Assembly (NCBI GenBank): GCA_963848295.1
Contig: CAWKDB010000011.1
Coordinates: 64,001 to 128,000, forward strand
DNA: 64,000 bases
Direction of reading: 5' to 3'
Source of the DNA: an uncultured delta proteobacterium
Lineage (GTDB): Bacteria > Myxococcota_A > Polyangia > Haliangiales > Haliangiaceae
Position 1 is the first letter of the stretch; each line of letters begins with the position of its first letter. This document shows positions 1 to 22,209 of this stretch, in pieces. A program made the translations under genes and the position numbers. Below the pieces are notes generated by a model. It saw only the letters and a list, made by a program, of their open reading frames with translations. It searched no databases and was not told the origin of the DNA.

Positions 1-162
1 CGCTCGAAGGCAGGGCTCGCGACCGGCCTCGCGATCGGCGGCGGTGCCATCGCGGTGATCGGCGCGATCTTGTACGCGACCGCGCCGAGCGAGCATGCGG
101 TCTCGGTGACCGCGCGCGTGAGCGGCCATGGCGCCGGCCTCGCCGTGCTCGGTAGGTTCTAG
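1..162 (+). CDS. 3' end of a membrane/exported protein (partial)
   Basis: Frame 1 is open from base 1 to TAG at 160-162: ...GLAIGGGAIAVIGAILYATAP...GAGLAVLGRF. The hydrophobic helix and C-terminal GRF strand are typical of myxobacterial TPR/PEGA proteins. Confidence 0.6.
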   Translation, partial: RSKAGLATGLAIGGGAIAVIGAILYATAPSEHAVSVTARVSGHGAGLAVLGRF

Positions 163-1194
163 CTACGGAGTCGCGACGTTGATCACGGTCGAGTAGCCGG
201 CGGTGATCGACACCGAGACTTCCTTGTGGACGCGCGCGACGTCGTTGACGAGCAACAGCGAGTGCGCACCCGCGGCGAGACGCAGCGATCGCTGTGGCGT
301 GACCTTGTGAGTCGCCTTGCCGTCGACGTAGATCTCGCACGGCACGGTGGTCGAGATCTTGAGCGCGCCAACGTTGGCGGCGATCGCGGCCGCCTGGGCG
401 GACTGGGCGGACGGCTTCGCGGAAGGTGCAGGCGCCGGAGCCGCCGCGACGCGCGGGGCAGCCGCGGCGCGAGGGGCAGTCGGCTGCTTTGCAGCGCGCG
501 CGCCTGCCGGATGCCTCGGGGCGACGGGCGCCGGCGCGATCGCGGGTTGCGGAGGTGCCGCCGGACGAGCGGCCGGTCGCGGCGCAACTGCAGCGGGCGC
601 GGGTGCGGCGGCGGCAGCGGGTGCGGCGACGGCAGCGGGTGCGGCGGCGGGTGCGGCGGCGGCAGCGGGTGCGGCGACGGGTGCGGCGGCGGCAACGGCA
701 GCAGGTGCGGCAACGGCAGCGGGCGCGGGCTGCGCGACCGCCAGGGTCGGCGCTTGCTCTGCATGCGCGACGGTCGGTGCGTCATTCGTGTGCGCGGTCG
801 CGTAGGTCAGGCCGGCGATCACGCCGAGCACCCCGACGACGAGCGCACCGCCGAATAGCACTTTGCGTCCGCGCGAGCTCGGCGCACGGCGCATCGCGAT
901 GCGATCGCTACCGTAGTTGTCGATGTACTGCGGCGCCGCGGCGACCGGGCCCGATGGACGCATCGGCAGCGGCTGTGGGATCGCAGCGGTGCTCGGCCGC
1001 TTTGGCGGTGGCAACGACGGGCGCGACGGGCGTGGACGCGTACCATCGGCAGCTCGCGACGCGGACATCGGAACGATCTCGCTCTCGACCGCGCGGTACG
1101 TCGGTCGCCAATCTTCGGCGAATGACGGCGCGACTCGAGCCATCGGTTCGGTAACATCGAGCTCGTCCAGGTCGCCGTACGCGTTCGGTAACAT
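163..1194 (-). CDS. Pro/Ala-rich single-pass membrane protein with C-terminal PEGA-like domain
   Basis: ATG at 1194 preceded by GGAGGG; TM segment VLFGGALVVGVLGVIAGL; long AAPAA linker; C-terminus LKISTTVPCEIYVDGK...TPQRSLRLAAGAHSLLL resembles PEGA. Confidence 0.7.
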   Translation of the reverse strand: MLPNAYGDLDELDVTEPMARVAPSFAEDWRPTYRAVESEIVPMSASRAADGTRPRPSRPSLPPPKRPSTAAIPQPLPMRPSGPVAAAPQYIDNYGSDRIAMRRAPSSRGRKVLFGGALVVGVLGVIAGLTYATAHTNDAPTVAHAEQAPTLAVAQPAPAAVAAPAAVAAAAPVAAPAAAAAPAAAPAAVAAPAAAAAPAPAAVAPRPAARPAAPPQPAIAPAPVAPRHPAGARAAKQPTAPRAAAAPRVAAAPAPAPSAKPSAQSAQAAAIAANVGALKISTTVPCEIYVDGKATHKVTPQRSLRLAAGAHSLLLVNDVARVHKEVSVSITAGYSTVINVATP

Positions 1195-1323
1195 CGTGCC
1201 CTCCGAGTGGATAGACGCGCGGAGGCTATGAACAGTCGCACTGGAAGTCGAGCAAGAACCTACTTTCGACCTCATCTATTTGTAGCCCAGCTCACATCGG
1301 CCAGATCTGGCTCGGGGCGACCA

Positions 1324-1353
1324 CAAAAAGGTGGACGGCTGGGGAAGCCGTCC
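1324..1353 (-). terminator. Intrinsic terminator downstream of tRNA-Pro
   Basis: Perfect 8-bp stem GGACGGCT/AGCCGTCC (1333-1353), followed on the minus strand by ACCTTTTTG. Confidence 0.75.
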
Positions 1354-1359
1354 GTCCCG

Positions 1360-1433
1360 TCGAGGCGACAGGATTCGAACCTGCGACCCCCAGACCCCCA
1401 GTCTGGTGCGCTACCAGGCTGCGCTACGCCTCG
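1360..1433 (-). tRNA. tRNA-Pro(GGG)
   Basis: Reverse complement CGAGGCGTAGCGCAGCCTGGTAGCGCACCAGACTGGGGGTCTGG...GGTTCGAATCC...CGCCTCGA folds as a cloverleaf with anticodon GGG; CCA is not encoded. Usual position after ihfA. Confidence 0.95.
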
Positions 1434-1497
1434 GGTGGGAGTCGACCTAGTAACTGAAAATCAGACCGGGGGCAAGCCAGTCGGCGACGCGCGCTCG

Positions 1498-1797
1498 CTA
1501 GACCGGCGGCAACCCGTTCAGAATGTTCTTGAGGACCTGGCTGGGCTTGAACGTCAGCACGCGGCGCGCCGGGATCAGGATCGGCACCGCGCGCTGCGGA
1601 TCGCGGCCCATCCGGTCCTTCTTGTCGCGCACGACGAAGTTGCCGAAGCCGGAGATCTTGATCTTCTCGCCGCGCTCGAGCGTCTCCTTGACGACGTTGA
1701 ACACCGTTTCGACGATCTCGGCGGCCTCTTTCTTCGAGAACCCACCGACCTTTTCGTAGACCGACTCGATGATGTCGGCCTTGGTCATGCGTGCCAT
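1498..1797 (-). CDS. ihfA: Integration host factor subunit alpha
   Basis: MTKADII...KISGFGNFVVRDK..R.GR.P...I.ARRVLTFKPS; lies directly after pheT. Confidence 0.9.
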   Translation of the reverse strand: MARMTKADIIESVYEKVGGFSKKEAAEIVETVFNVVKETLERGEKIKISGFGNFVVRDKKDRMGRDPQRAVPILIPARRVLTFKPSQVLKNILNGLPPV

Positions 1798-1864
1798 ATC
1801 GCGAACTTACCACGACTCCGGATCGAGTCCGAGCAGCGCCCGCAGGCCCAACCGACGATTGGAG

Positions 1865-5344
<3,480 letters not shown>

Positions 5345-5360
5345 GGGTCCCTCAGGTCCG

Positions 5361-5391
5361 AAAACAAAACAGGCGGCTCAGGTGAGCCGCC
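5361..5391 (-). terminator. Intrinsic terminator between rplT and pheS
   Basis: GGCGGCTC-ACCT-GAGCCGCC stem-loop followed by TGTTTTGTTTT on the minus strand. Confidence 0.7.
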
Positions 5392-5420
5392 GTCGGTACG
5401 CCTAGAACAGACGGCAGCAG

Positions 5421-5759
5421 CTATCCCGCGACGATCGCCTTGAACGCGACCGGGTCGCTGATCGCGATGTCGGCGAGCATCTTGCGGTTGAGCTCGATGT
5501 GCTGGGTGCCGAGCTTGCCGATCAGCTTGGAGTAGCTGATGCCGAGCACGCGCGACGCCGCGTTGATCCGCTGGATCCACAGCGCGCGGAAGTCGCGCTT
5601 CCGCTGCTTGCGCGAGCGGTACATGTGGAGCCACGCGTGCTGCACCGCTTCGTTCGCGATCGCATGGCAGCTCGAACGCTTGCCGCGAAAACCACTCGCC
5701 CACTTGAGCAGGCGGTTGCGACGGCGGCGGGCTTTGAATCCTCGTTTAGCGCGGGGCAT
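5421..5759 (-). CDS. rplT: 50S ribosomal protein L20
   Basis: MPRAKRG..ARRRR...RKQRKRDFRALWIQRINAASR...LNRKMLADIA. Confidence 0.97.
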   Translation of the reverse strand: MPRAKRGFKARRRRNRLLKWASGFRGKRSSCHAIANEAVQHAWLHMYRSRKQRKRDFRALWIQRINAASRVLGISYSKLIGKLGTQHIELNRKMLADIAISDPVAFKAIVAG

Positions 5760-5768
5760 GGTCTTCCT

Positions 5769-5966
5769 CTACGAGTACGGCAGCAACGCTTCGATCTGGT
5801 GGTGATGCGCGGGCGAGACGATCGCCGCGTTGCGGAGCTGGCGTTTCCGCTTCTTGCTCCGGTTGGTCAAGAGGTGGCGCTTGAACACGCGCGCGAACTT
5901 GAATTTGCCGGTGCCGGTCCGCTTGAACCGCTTCTTGGCGCCCGAGTGAGTCTTGACCTTCGGCAT
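5769..5966 (-). CDS. rpmI: 50S ribosomal protein L35
   Basis: [21 protein letters not shown]...KRKRQLR...LLPY. Confidence 0.97.
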   Translation of the reverse strand: MPKVKTHSGAKKRFKRTGTGKFKFARVFKRHLLTNRSKKRKRQLRNAAIVSPAHHHQIEALLPYS

Positions 5967-6095
5967 GGCTAGGAGGGCTGCTCTTATGCCCCAGAAGCGA
6001 GGTCAGGACAAGAGCGGAAAAGCCCTCGAATCACGAGAAATCGTCCGCGCGGCACTGTACGGGAGAGCGGTTCGGGCCGCGCGCCGCAAATTCGG

Positions 6096-7449
6096 TCAGT
6101 TACCGTTCGAGATTTCGACCGTGACGGTCGCGACCGCCGACGGCAGCGAGCGGTTGTAGGCCGTGTCGATGGCATCGACCACGTAGTGGTAAGTCCCGGC
6201 GGCGACCGAGGAGTCGGTGAATGCCGGCGTCGTCGATACCCCGATCGCGACGCCGTCGCGATAGACGTTGTAGCTGGCGATCGCGGCGTCGGGATCGCCG
6301 GGCGCGGTCCACGTCAGCGCGACCGTAGTGCCGGTCGGCGTCCCCGCAAGCCCGCTGGGCGCAGCCGGCCCGGCCGCACGACCCTTGCTCGAAAAGTACG
6401 GCGAGACGTCGGTGGCGGCGAAGTACGGATCGGCCACCATCGCCTCGTACGTGGTGAGCCCCTGCCCCTGGAGGTCGTAGTCGACCTGGCCCATCGCGCT
6501 CCACCACACGAACGCCTTCATCGCCGGGAACTGCTGCTTGACCGTCGAGTACGCGGTGGTGATCCACTCGGTCATCGGATCGGGATCGAGCTCGGCGTTG
6601 TAGCCGGCGCCGGTCTCGGCCTGCATCAGCGGCTTGCCGAGCGCCGCGGTCAGCGCGTACCAGTTCTGCACGGCCGCGTCGGCGCTGTAATCGGCGAGCA
6701 TCGTGTCGCTCTTGTTGTAGTTGTCGTTCGAGATCCAATCGACGTAGTTGTTGCCCGGGTAGAAGTATCGCCACGTCACGTCGTCGGGCTGGTTCTTGCC
6801 GAACAGGTTCGCGGACGGGCCCCAAACCCATTGCACGTTGGTCGCGCCGGCGGTTTCGAACACGCCGACCACGTGCTGCCAGGTGGCGACGAAGATCGGT
6901 CCGGAACGTCGCGGGCTGCGACGCCGGGTTCGACGTGTTGAAGAAGCACATGTCGTCGGCGGTGTCGGTGAACTCCTTGAAGAACCGGATCATCACCGGC
7001 GTCTGCCAGCTCGCGATCGTCTGCGCCTCGGTCGTGAGCTCGGCATCGTAGACCCCGTTCAGGATGTCGGCGTACGACGCGCACGTGTTGGTGCCGTGGC
7101 TGTCCTTGTAGGCCACGGCCCACGAGATCAGCGGGATGACGCTCGTGCTGCGGTCGAGTGTCTCGTCCGCCTGGTTGAAGTCGGTGCCCCACACCTCGCG
7201 CTGGTTCTCGATCGCGACGCCTCGGCCGGTCGCGGTCGCGATGGTCGCGTTCAGCGTCTCGAACGAGTCGCTGTAGACGCCGATCAGATCCGGCAGTGGT
7301 GCGGGCGCATCGACTCGGGCCGCGTCGCCGCCCGGCGCATCGGCGCCGGCTTGGTCCGCATCGGGCGCGGAGGCACTCGGCGGCCGATAGCATGCGGCGA
7401 ACGCGGTCAACGATGTGAGCGCGACGCGGTGTAACGACTGATAAGACAT
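6096..7449 (-). CDS. Lipoprotein glycoside hydrolase family 26 with C-terminal FN3 domain (frameshift near 6902)
   Basis: Lipobox-like FAAC; PLISW, G.YD, MIRFFKEF, WVWGP, YFYPGNNYVDW, KPLMQAETG (GH26 pattern); FN3 APSGL...LTWTAP...YNVYRDG...YHYVVDAID. One extra C joins the two ORF halves. Confidence 0.8.
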
Positions 7450-7507
7450 TCCAGTCCGAGCCGCGGCCTCGCTTCAACGGCTCGCGCAATGTCACAATCG
7501 CTACTGC

Positions 7508-7527
7508 GGCGTGAGGGCGCTCACGCC
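7508..7527 (-). terminator. GC-rich hairpin just after the infC stop (possible terminator, no U-tract)
   Basis: GGCGTGAG-GGCG-CTCACGCC perfect 8-bp stem. Confidence 0.45.
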
Positions 7528-7533
7528 ACCGCG

Positions 7534-8283
7534 TCATTCGGCGGCGGCGTCATCGTCCTCGTCGTCTTCAACGTCGGCGTTGATGTCCTCCTCGGACAGA
7601 TCCTCATCGTCGTCTTCGACCGGCGGCACATGCGGCGCGACCTTGGCGCCGGGCGTGGCGTTCTTCTTCGCGGCTTCGGCGGCGATCTGCGCGGCGAGCT
7701 GAGCCTTCTTGGCTTCCTGCGCCTTGCGCACGACGCCGGGCTTCGGCGCGATCACCATGATCATGCGCCGGCCTTCCATGTTCGGCGTCGCTTCGACCGT
7801 CGCGATGTCCGCGCACATGTCCACGACCCGATTGAGCACGTTCATGCCGGTCTGCGGATGCGTGATCTCGCGGCCGCGGAACACGACGGCGAGCCGGACC
7901 TTGTTGCCGCCCTCGAGGAAGCGCCGGACATGCTTCACCTTGAAGGCCATGTCGTGCTCTTCGGTCTTCGGCCGGAACTTGATCTCCTTGGTCTCGACCG
8001 TCGAAGCGCGCTTGCGAGCCTGCTGCTTCTTCTTCGCTTCCTCGTACTTGTACTTGCCGTAGTCCATGATCCGGCACACCGGCGGAAACGCACGCGGCGA
8101 GATCTCGACGAGATCCAAGCCCCGCTCTTCGGCGAGGCGCAGCGCCTCGTGGGTCTGCATGACGCCGAGCTGGTCTTCCTCGGCGATGACCCGAACCTCG
8201 GGGACGCGAATCCGGTGGTTGATGCGAAGGCCCTGTTCGGGCCGGCGGCGATCGAATCGTCCTCCAGGCGGCCTAACGTTCAT
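7534..8283 (-). CDS. infC: Translation initiation factor IF-3 with acidic C-terminal extension
   Basis: RINHRIRVPEVRVI, GLDLVEISP, PPVCRIMDYGKYKYE, KEIKFRP, FRGREITH. Confidence 0.97.
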   Translation of the reverse strand: MNVRPPGGRFDRRRPEQGLRINHRIRVPEVRVIAEEDQLGVMQTHEALRLAEERGLDLVEISPRAFPPVCRIMDYGKYKYEEAKKKQQARKRASTVETKEIKFRPKTEEHDMAFKVKHVRRFLEGGNKVRLAVVFRGREITHPQTGMNVLNRVVDMCADIATVEATPNMEGRRMIMVIAPKPGVVRKAQEAKKAQLAAQIAAEAAKKNATPGAKVAPHVPPVEDDDEDLSEEDINADVEDDEDDDAAAE

Positions 8284-8428
8284 CGGCCGGACCCTGGATC
8301 GTCATCACTGGCTGCATGTACTTGGAAGTCTCCTGATGCCCTTGGCAGGGCGCCGTTGTACCTCACGCCCGGCCGCAAGTCTCGCGGGAATGGCCCTCAG
8401 CGCGAGGGCCTCGCCGGTAGCTCTCGCC

Positions 8429-8707
8429 TCAAGGAACCCGTGGCTTGAGGTCGGCAATCTCGCGCTCGCACCGGTCGACGCGAGCGGTGAGGCCGCGCTG
8501 ACCAACCACGATCTTGTAAAGGCCGCGATTCACGGTGGTCAGCTCGGCGAGCTCGGTCGACAATCGCATGTCGCTCGTCACTACGTGACGGTGCAGCGAA
8601 TCGAGCCGAAGATTGGTGTCATCGATCCGCGCACTCAAGTCGGCGCGCGTGCCCCGAATCTCGTCGCGGATCTCTCGAAGGATTTGAACTGTCAGCTCGC
8701 CGTCCAT
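8429..8707 (-). CDS. Small coiled-coil hypothetical protein
   Basis: Heptad pattern (ILREIRDEIRGTRADLSARID); TATACT -10 and GGAGG SD immediately upstream. Confidence 0.7.
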   Translation of the reverse strand: MDGELTVQILREIRDEIRGTRADLSARIDDTNLRLDSLHRHVVTSDMRLSTELAELTTVNRGLYKIVVGQRGLTARVDRCEREIADLKPRVP

Positions 8708-8828
8708 GCCGCGCCTCCAGTATAGCGTTGCACTCGACGACGATGCCGCCCCAGTGGCCGCATCGACGCGTGGTCATGTCCGAAATGGCCGGCACTCGTC
8801 CGAGCTTCGGACGGCACCGGACGGGTCG

Positions 8829-8900
<72 letters not shown>

Positions 8901-9137
8901 GGGAGGCCGATCGAATACGCGATCGGCCCCGCGGTCGTCAACCGGGCGATCGGCGGAAACCGAGCCCGCCTTGCGGTTGCAGGCATGAACCGGCTGTCAG
9001 ACAGCGGTAACGCTCCCGGCTTGCCGAACCCGCGATAACGAGCGTAGCCTTGTGGGGTTAGACAACCTTATCGCCCGCTCCGCGGGTCGGATGAACGTGG
9101 GGAGTGCGCCTGACATCAGTGTCATGGCAGAGCAAGC

Positions 9138-10915
<1,778 letters not shown>

Positions 10916-10928
<13 letters not shown>

Positions 10929-11782
10929 TCATCGCGCTCGGCGTCGCGGTCGCTGCGAGCGCGCACGCGGTCCCGAGCCAGGACCTCGAGCGGGCGCGCC
11001 AAGCATTTCGCACCGGTCAGTTCGCGCTCGCGTTACCGCTCTACAACGCCCTGCTCTACCCCGAGCCCCAGCTCGCGAGCCGCGACGATCTCGCGTCCGC
11101 GTACGTCTCGCTCGGGGTGTGCCGGTTCATCGCCGGCGACATCGAAGGTGCGAAGCGCGAGTTCCGCGAGGCCTTGCGCCAGGACCCGAACCAGCAGATC
11201 GACGCGACGATCGTGACGAACCACGGCGCGATCGAGCTGTTCGATCGGACGAAGATCGAGATCGCGACCGCGGCAGATCGAGAACGGCAGCGGATCCACG
11301 ACGCCGAGGAGCTCGAGCGGCAACGCCAGATCATCGCGAACTCGAAGATCGTCACCGCACACCAGTTCGGCCTCAACCTCGTCCCGTTCGGCGCCGGTCA
11401 GTTTCAAAACCACGACTATCTCAAGGGCGCGCTGATCGCCGGTGGGGAGGTCGCGACCGCCGCGACGAGCGCCGCGATCTGGGGCGTGCTCGTCAACCGC
11501 TACGGCCTGACCAACAACCACGTGCCGTTCCCCGATGGCCCGCACGTGCGGCTGCTGCAACAGGTCGAGATCGGGACCGGCCTCGGGTTCTTCGCGATCT
11601 ACGGCTACGGCATCATCGACGCGATCCTCCACTACAAATCCGAAACGACGCGCCAGGCGAACGAGTCGGACTTCCCCGAGCTCGCGAAGCCGAAGCCCAC
11701 CGCGCCGAAGAAGACGTCTTTCCATATCGTTCCGATGCTCGCGCCGAACAGCGCGGGCATCGGCCTTGCCTGGGAGAACTAG
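10916..11782 (+). CDS. Exported TPR protein with C-terminal membrane segments
   Basis: GTG overlaps the kinase end; signal peptide ALIIALGVAVAASAHA; TPR AYVSLGVCRFIAGDIEGAKREFREAL; NLVPFGAGQFQN motif. Confidence 0.75.
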
Positions 11783-11785
11783 CTC

Positions 11786-13591
<1,806 letters not shown>

Positions 13592-13712
13592 CGGCCGTCC
13601 TATCCACCGGAGGCGATCGCCGCGACCGTCTATGACGTCGATGTCGGATCCACGCTCTCGGCCGACCCCGGATCATCGCGGTAACCCCGCGACACGATTC
13701 GTGCGATCGCCG

Positions 13713-14213
13713 ATGGCGCGCACGCTGCATGTTGTCGGGCTCGCGCTCGCCATGCTGTCCGGTTGCTTTCTCCCACCGTCGCTGTCGGTCGACACCGGGG
13801 ATGCCCAGACCGACTCCCCGCCCGCGATCCTCGCGATCAGCATCGACGGCAGCCCGGTCGCGGAGAACTCTGGGGTCGACTTCACGCAGAACGAGCCGAG
13901 CACGATGACGCTGACCCTGATCGACACCGATCTCGAAGACACGCTGTACGTCGACGTGTTCGTGAACTACACCCAGACGGACCCGAAGCCCGCGCGGGTG
14001 ACCTGCACCGCCGGCCCGGGCGCGACCTCGCAGCGCACCGCGAGCTGCAACATGATGCCGCTGTGCCAGCACGACGATGTCGGCCAGACCGAGGATATGA
14101 CGGTCGTCGTGTTCGACCGCGAGCCGTTGCAAGCGGGGACGCCGCCGTATCAAGGCACCAACGGCGGGCTGTCGACCCAGTGGTTCTTCCGGCTGGAGTG
14201 CTTCGCGCCATGA
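13713..14213 (+). CDS. Hypothetical lipoprotein
   Basis: Lipobox LSGC after a hydrophobic stretch; stop overlaps the next ATG (ATGA). Confidence 0.7.
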   Translation: MARTLHVVGLALAMLSGCFLPPSLSVDTGDAQTDSPPAILAISIDGSPVAENSGVDFTQNEPSTMTLTLIDTDLEDTLYVDVFVNYTQTDPKPARVTCTAGPGATSQRTASCNMMPLCQHDDVGQTEDMTVVVFDREPLQAGTPPYQGTNGGLSTQWFFRLECFAP

Positions 14214-15988
14214 CGTCCCGCGCCGCGCTGCTCGTGCTCGCGTCCGGCTGCCTCAGCGTGCCGTCGGCGTCGACCCCGGCGTGCACGGTCGACAGCGACT
14301 GCGCCGCGGGTGAGCAGTGCCAGGAGTCGACCTGTTGGGGCGATCCGCCGCCCGGCCCGTTCGTCGCGACCCTCGCGCCGCCCGCTTCGCGACCGGATCT
14401 CGCCGCGCGGGAGTATCAGTCATTCGATATCCCGCAGGACGGCAACGTCGCGGACTCGATGACCACGATGCTGCAGCTCGAATCGGCGAAGACGATCACC
14501 GGTCGGGTCGAGGCCGCATGCCCGATGGGCACGCCCTGCGATCGCACCTCGCTCGCCGCGACGATCACGGTCACCCGCGCGCCGAAGTTTGCGGGCGGTC
14601 GCGGCGTCGACCTCACGGCGAGCTCGACGCCGGGCCTCACGCCCGACGCCGGCGACTCGTTCACGGTCAACGTGCCGGAGTCCGACCCCGGCGACCCGCC
14701 GTTCGTCATCACGATCCTGCCGGCCGGACGCACGGAGGCCCCGCCGATGGACGGCACCGCGGCGGCGCAAGACGTCCCGCCGATGCGGGTCGAGCTCACC
14801 GCGGATCAGATCGGCGGCTCGCAGCTGTTCACGCTCGGCGGCGACACGCTGCCGGTGATCTCCGGCTCGTTGCTCGATACATACGGCACCGCGCTGCGCG
14901 ATTACCGCGTCGTCGCGCGCGGCAAGTTCGGCACCGACACCGACACCAACGAGGTCTCGACGATCGACTACTCGACCGACGGCTCGTTCGCGATCACGCT
15001 CGCGGCGGGCGTCGTCGGCCCGATCGAGCTCGTCGCGACGCCGTACGCCGACGGCGCGGTCGCGCCGACGCTCGAGCGCATGATGCAACCGGTGACGTCG
15101 ACCCAGAGCCTCTCGCAACCGACCGGGCTCGGCAATCAGGTCACGGTCAAGGTCGCGGTCACCGGCGTCGCGGGCGATGGCTCGGTCGGGCCGGTCAACG
15201 GCGCGCGCGTCATCGTCACCGGCACGTCGAGCACGATCGTCGACGGCAGCACGACCGCGGTGGTGACGTCGGATGTCACGACCGGCGACGACGGCGCTGC
15301 GATGGTGAGCGTGCTCGACGGCACGGCGTTCGCGACGACGTACACGCTCGACATCGTGCCGCCGGCTAATTCGAGCTCCGCGATCATCTTCGGCCAGGCG
15401 TTCGATGCGACCAAGCCGACGCTTCCCGTGCAGCTCGGCCCGCGGCTCAAGCTCCACGGCTACACGCTCGACTCGAGTGGCGCCCCGATCGCGAACGTGG
15501 CGGTCACCGTCACGCACGCGCCGCGGTTCACGTGGAATCTGCCCGCTGATCCGCAGGCGTTCCTCGCCGATATCCCGGCCTCGACCGCGGTCACCGATGC
15601 GGGCGGCGGCTTCGTCGTCTACGTCGATCCGATCGTCGATGACGTGTGGGGCGTCTATGACCTCGCGTTCGATCCGCCGACCGGCTCGGCATACCCTGCG
15701 TGGTCGCAGCTCGACTTCGAGGTCGATCACGTCCCGCTCTCGATCGAGCCCGCGATGACGGTGCCGACCACCACGATCCCCGACGCCGCGCACATCCACG
15801 GGCTGGTCACCGACACCGAAGGCGATCCCGTCCCCGGAGCCGACCTCCACATCTACCAGGTCCGCGATCAGTCGCTGTGCACGACGGTGTTGTACGCGCC
15901 GCCGGGCTGCTCTATCCCGGCGCAGGTGCTCGGCTCCGGCACCGCCGACGACATGGGCGAGGTCCGGCTCGTGCTCCCGAGGCCGTGA
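14210..15988 (+). CDS. Hypothetical lipoprotein with Cys-rich motif and carboxypeptidase-regulatory-like beta repeats
   Basis: Lipobox ASGC; CTVDSDCAAGEQCQESTC; repeated G.V.D..G.P....V units. Confidence 0.75.
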   Translation: MTSRAALLVLASGCLSVPSASTPACTVDSDCAAGEQCQESTCWGDPPPGPFVATLAPPASRPDLAAREYQSFDIPQDGNVADSMTTMLQLESAKTITGRVEAACPMGTPCDRTSLAATITVTRAPKFAGGRGVDLTASSTPGLTPDAGDSFTVNVPESDPGDPPFVITILPAGRTEAPPMDGTAAAQDVPPMRVELTADQIGGSQLFTLGGDTLPVISGSLLDTYGTALRDYRVVARGKFGTDTDTNEVSTIDYSTDGSFAITLAAGVVGPIELVATPYADGAVAPTLERMMQPVTSTQSLSQPTGLGNQVTVKVAVTGVAGDGSVGPVNGARVIVTGTSSTIVDGSTTAVVTSDVTTGDDGAAMVSVLDGTAFATTYTLDIVPPANSSSAIIFGQAFDATKPTLPVQLGPRLKLHGYTLDSSGAPIANVAVTVTHAPRFTWNLPADPQAFLADIPASTAVTDAGGGFVVYVDPIVDDVWGVYDLAFDPPTGSAYPAWSQLDFEVDHVPLSIEPAMTVPTTTIPDAAHIHGLVTDTEGDPVPGADLHIYQVRDQSLCTTVLYAPPGCSIPAQVLGSGTADDMGEVRLVLPRP

Positions 15989-15994
15989 TCGTCC

Positions 15995-16023
15995 TTGACC
16001 GACTAGGTCCCCGCGACTATGGT
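15995..16023 (+). promoter_or_regulatory. Sigma70-type promoter of the DEAD-box helicase
   Basis: TTGACC-N17-TATGGT. Confidence 0.6.
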
Positions 16024-16235
16024 TCGCGCGACTTACAGGTATCGGATGATCACTGTTTCGACGAAGACCAGAGCATGTGAGGACGAATCCGTCCCGCATG
16101 CGCTCTGTCTCGGTAGCGCCACGCTAGGCCGCGATCAGCGACGTCGCTTGGTCCCGGCGAACCCTGGCTCCACGCACCGACCAGCCCTCCGACTGGATGA
16201 TCTCGGAGACGACTTCACGTCCAAGGTTTTTCACG

Positions 16236-19077
<2,842 letters not shown>

Positions 19078-19096
19078 CTGCGTCGGCTCATAGACG

Positions 19097-19129
19097 GGGC
19101 CCCGTTCATGCGGGGCCTCAGTCGTTTTC
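19097..19129 (+). terminator. Probable terminator after the helicase
   Basis: GGGGCCCCG-TTCATG-CGGGGCCTC stem followed by AGTCGTTTT. Confidence 0.55.
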
Positions 19130-19191
19130 GGTCTGAATCAGATCGCGTACGTGCACGATCTGCCCTCCCCGAACGTCGGGGCGTCTCTCGC

Positions 19192-19220
19192 TTGACGACT
19201 GAACATCTGCTCCGTAGGGT
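19192..19220 (+). promoter_or_regulatory. uvrA promoter with LexA-like operator in the spacer
   Basis: TTGACG-N17-TAGGGT; CTGAAC-ATCT-GCTCCG at 19199-19214. Confidence 0.55.
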
Positions 19221-19228
19221 GTCGGTCC

Positions 19229-22169
<2,941 letters not shown>

Positions 22170-22209
22170 CCCGCTACCGGAACGCGATACACACGACCGG
22201 GTCAGCCAG

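Noticed and set aside
590..725. GCGGGTGCGGCGGCGGCA-type tandem repeats
   Set aside because: They encode the AAPAA linker of the membrane protein; ordinary low-complexity coding sequence.
13688..13706. Possible sigma54 promoter CGACACGATTCGTGC before the lipoprotein genes
   Set aside because: It lacks the invariant GG at -24.
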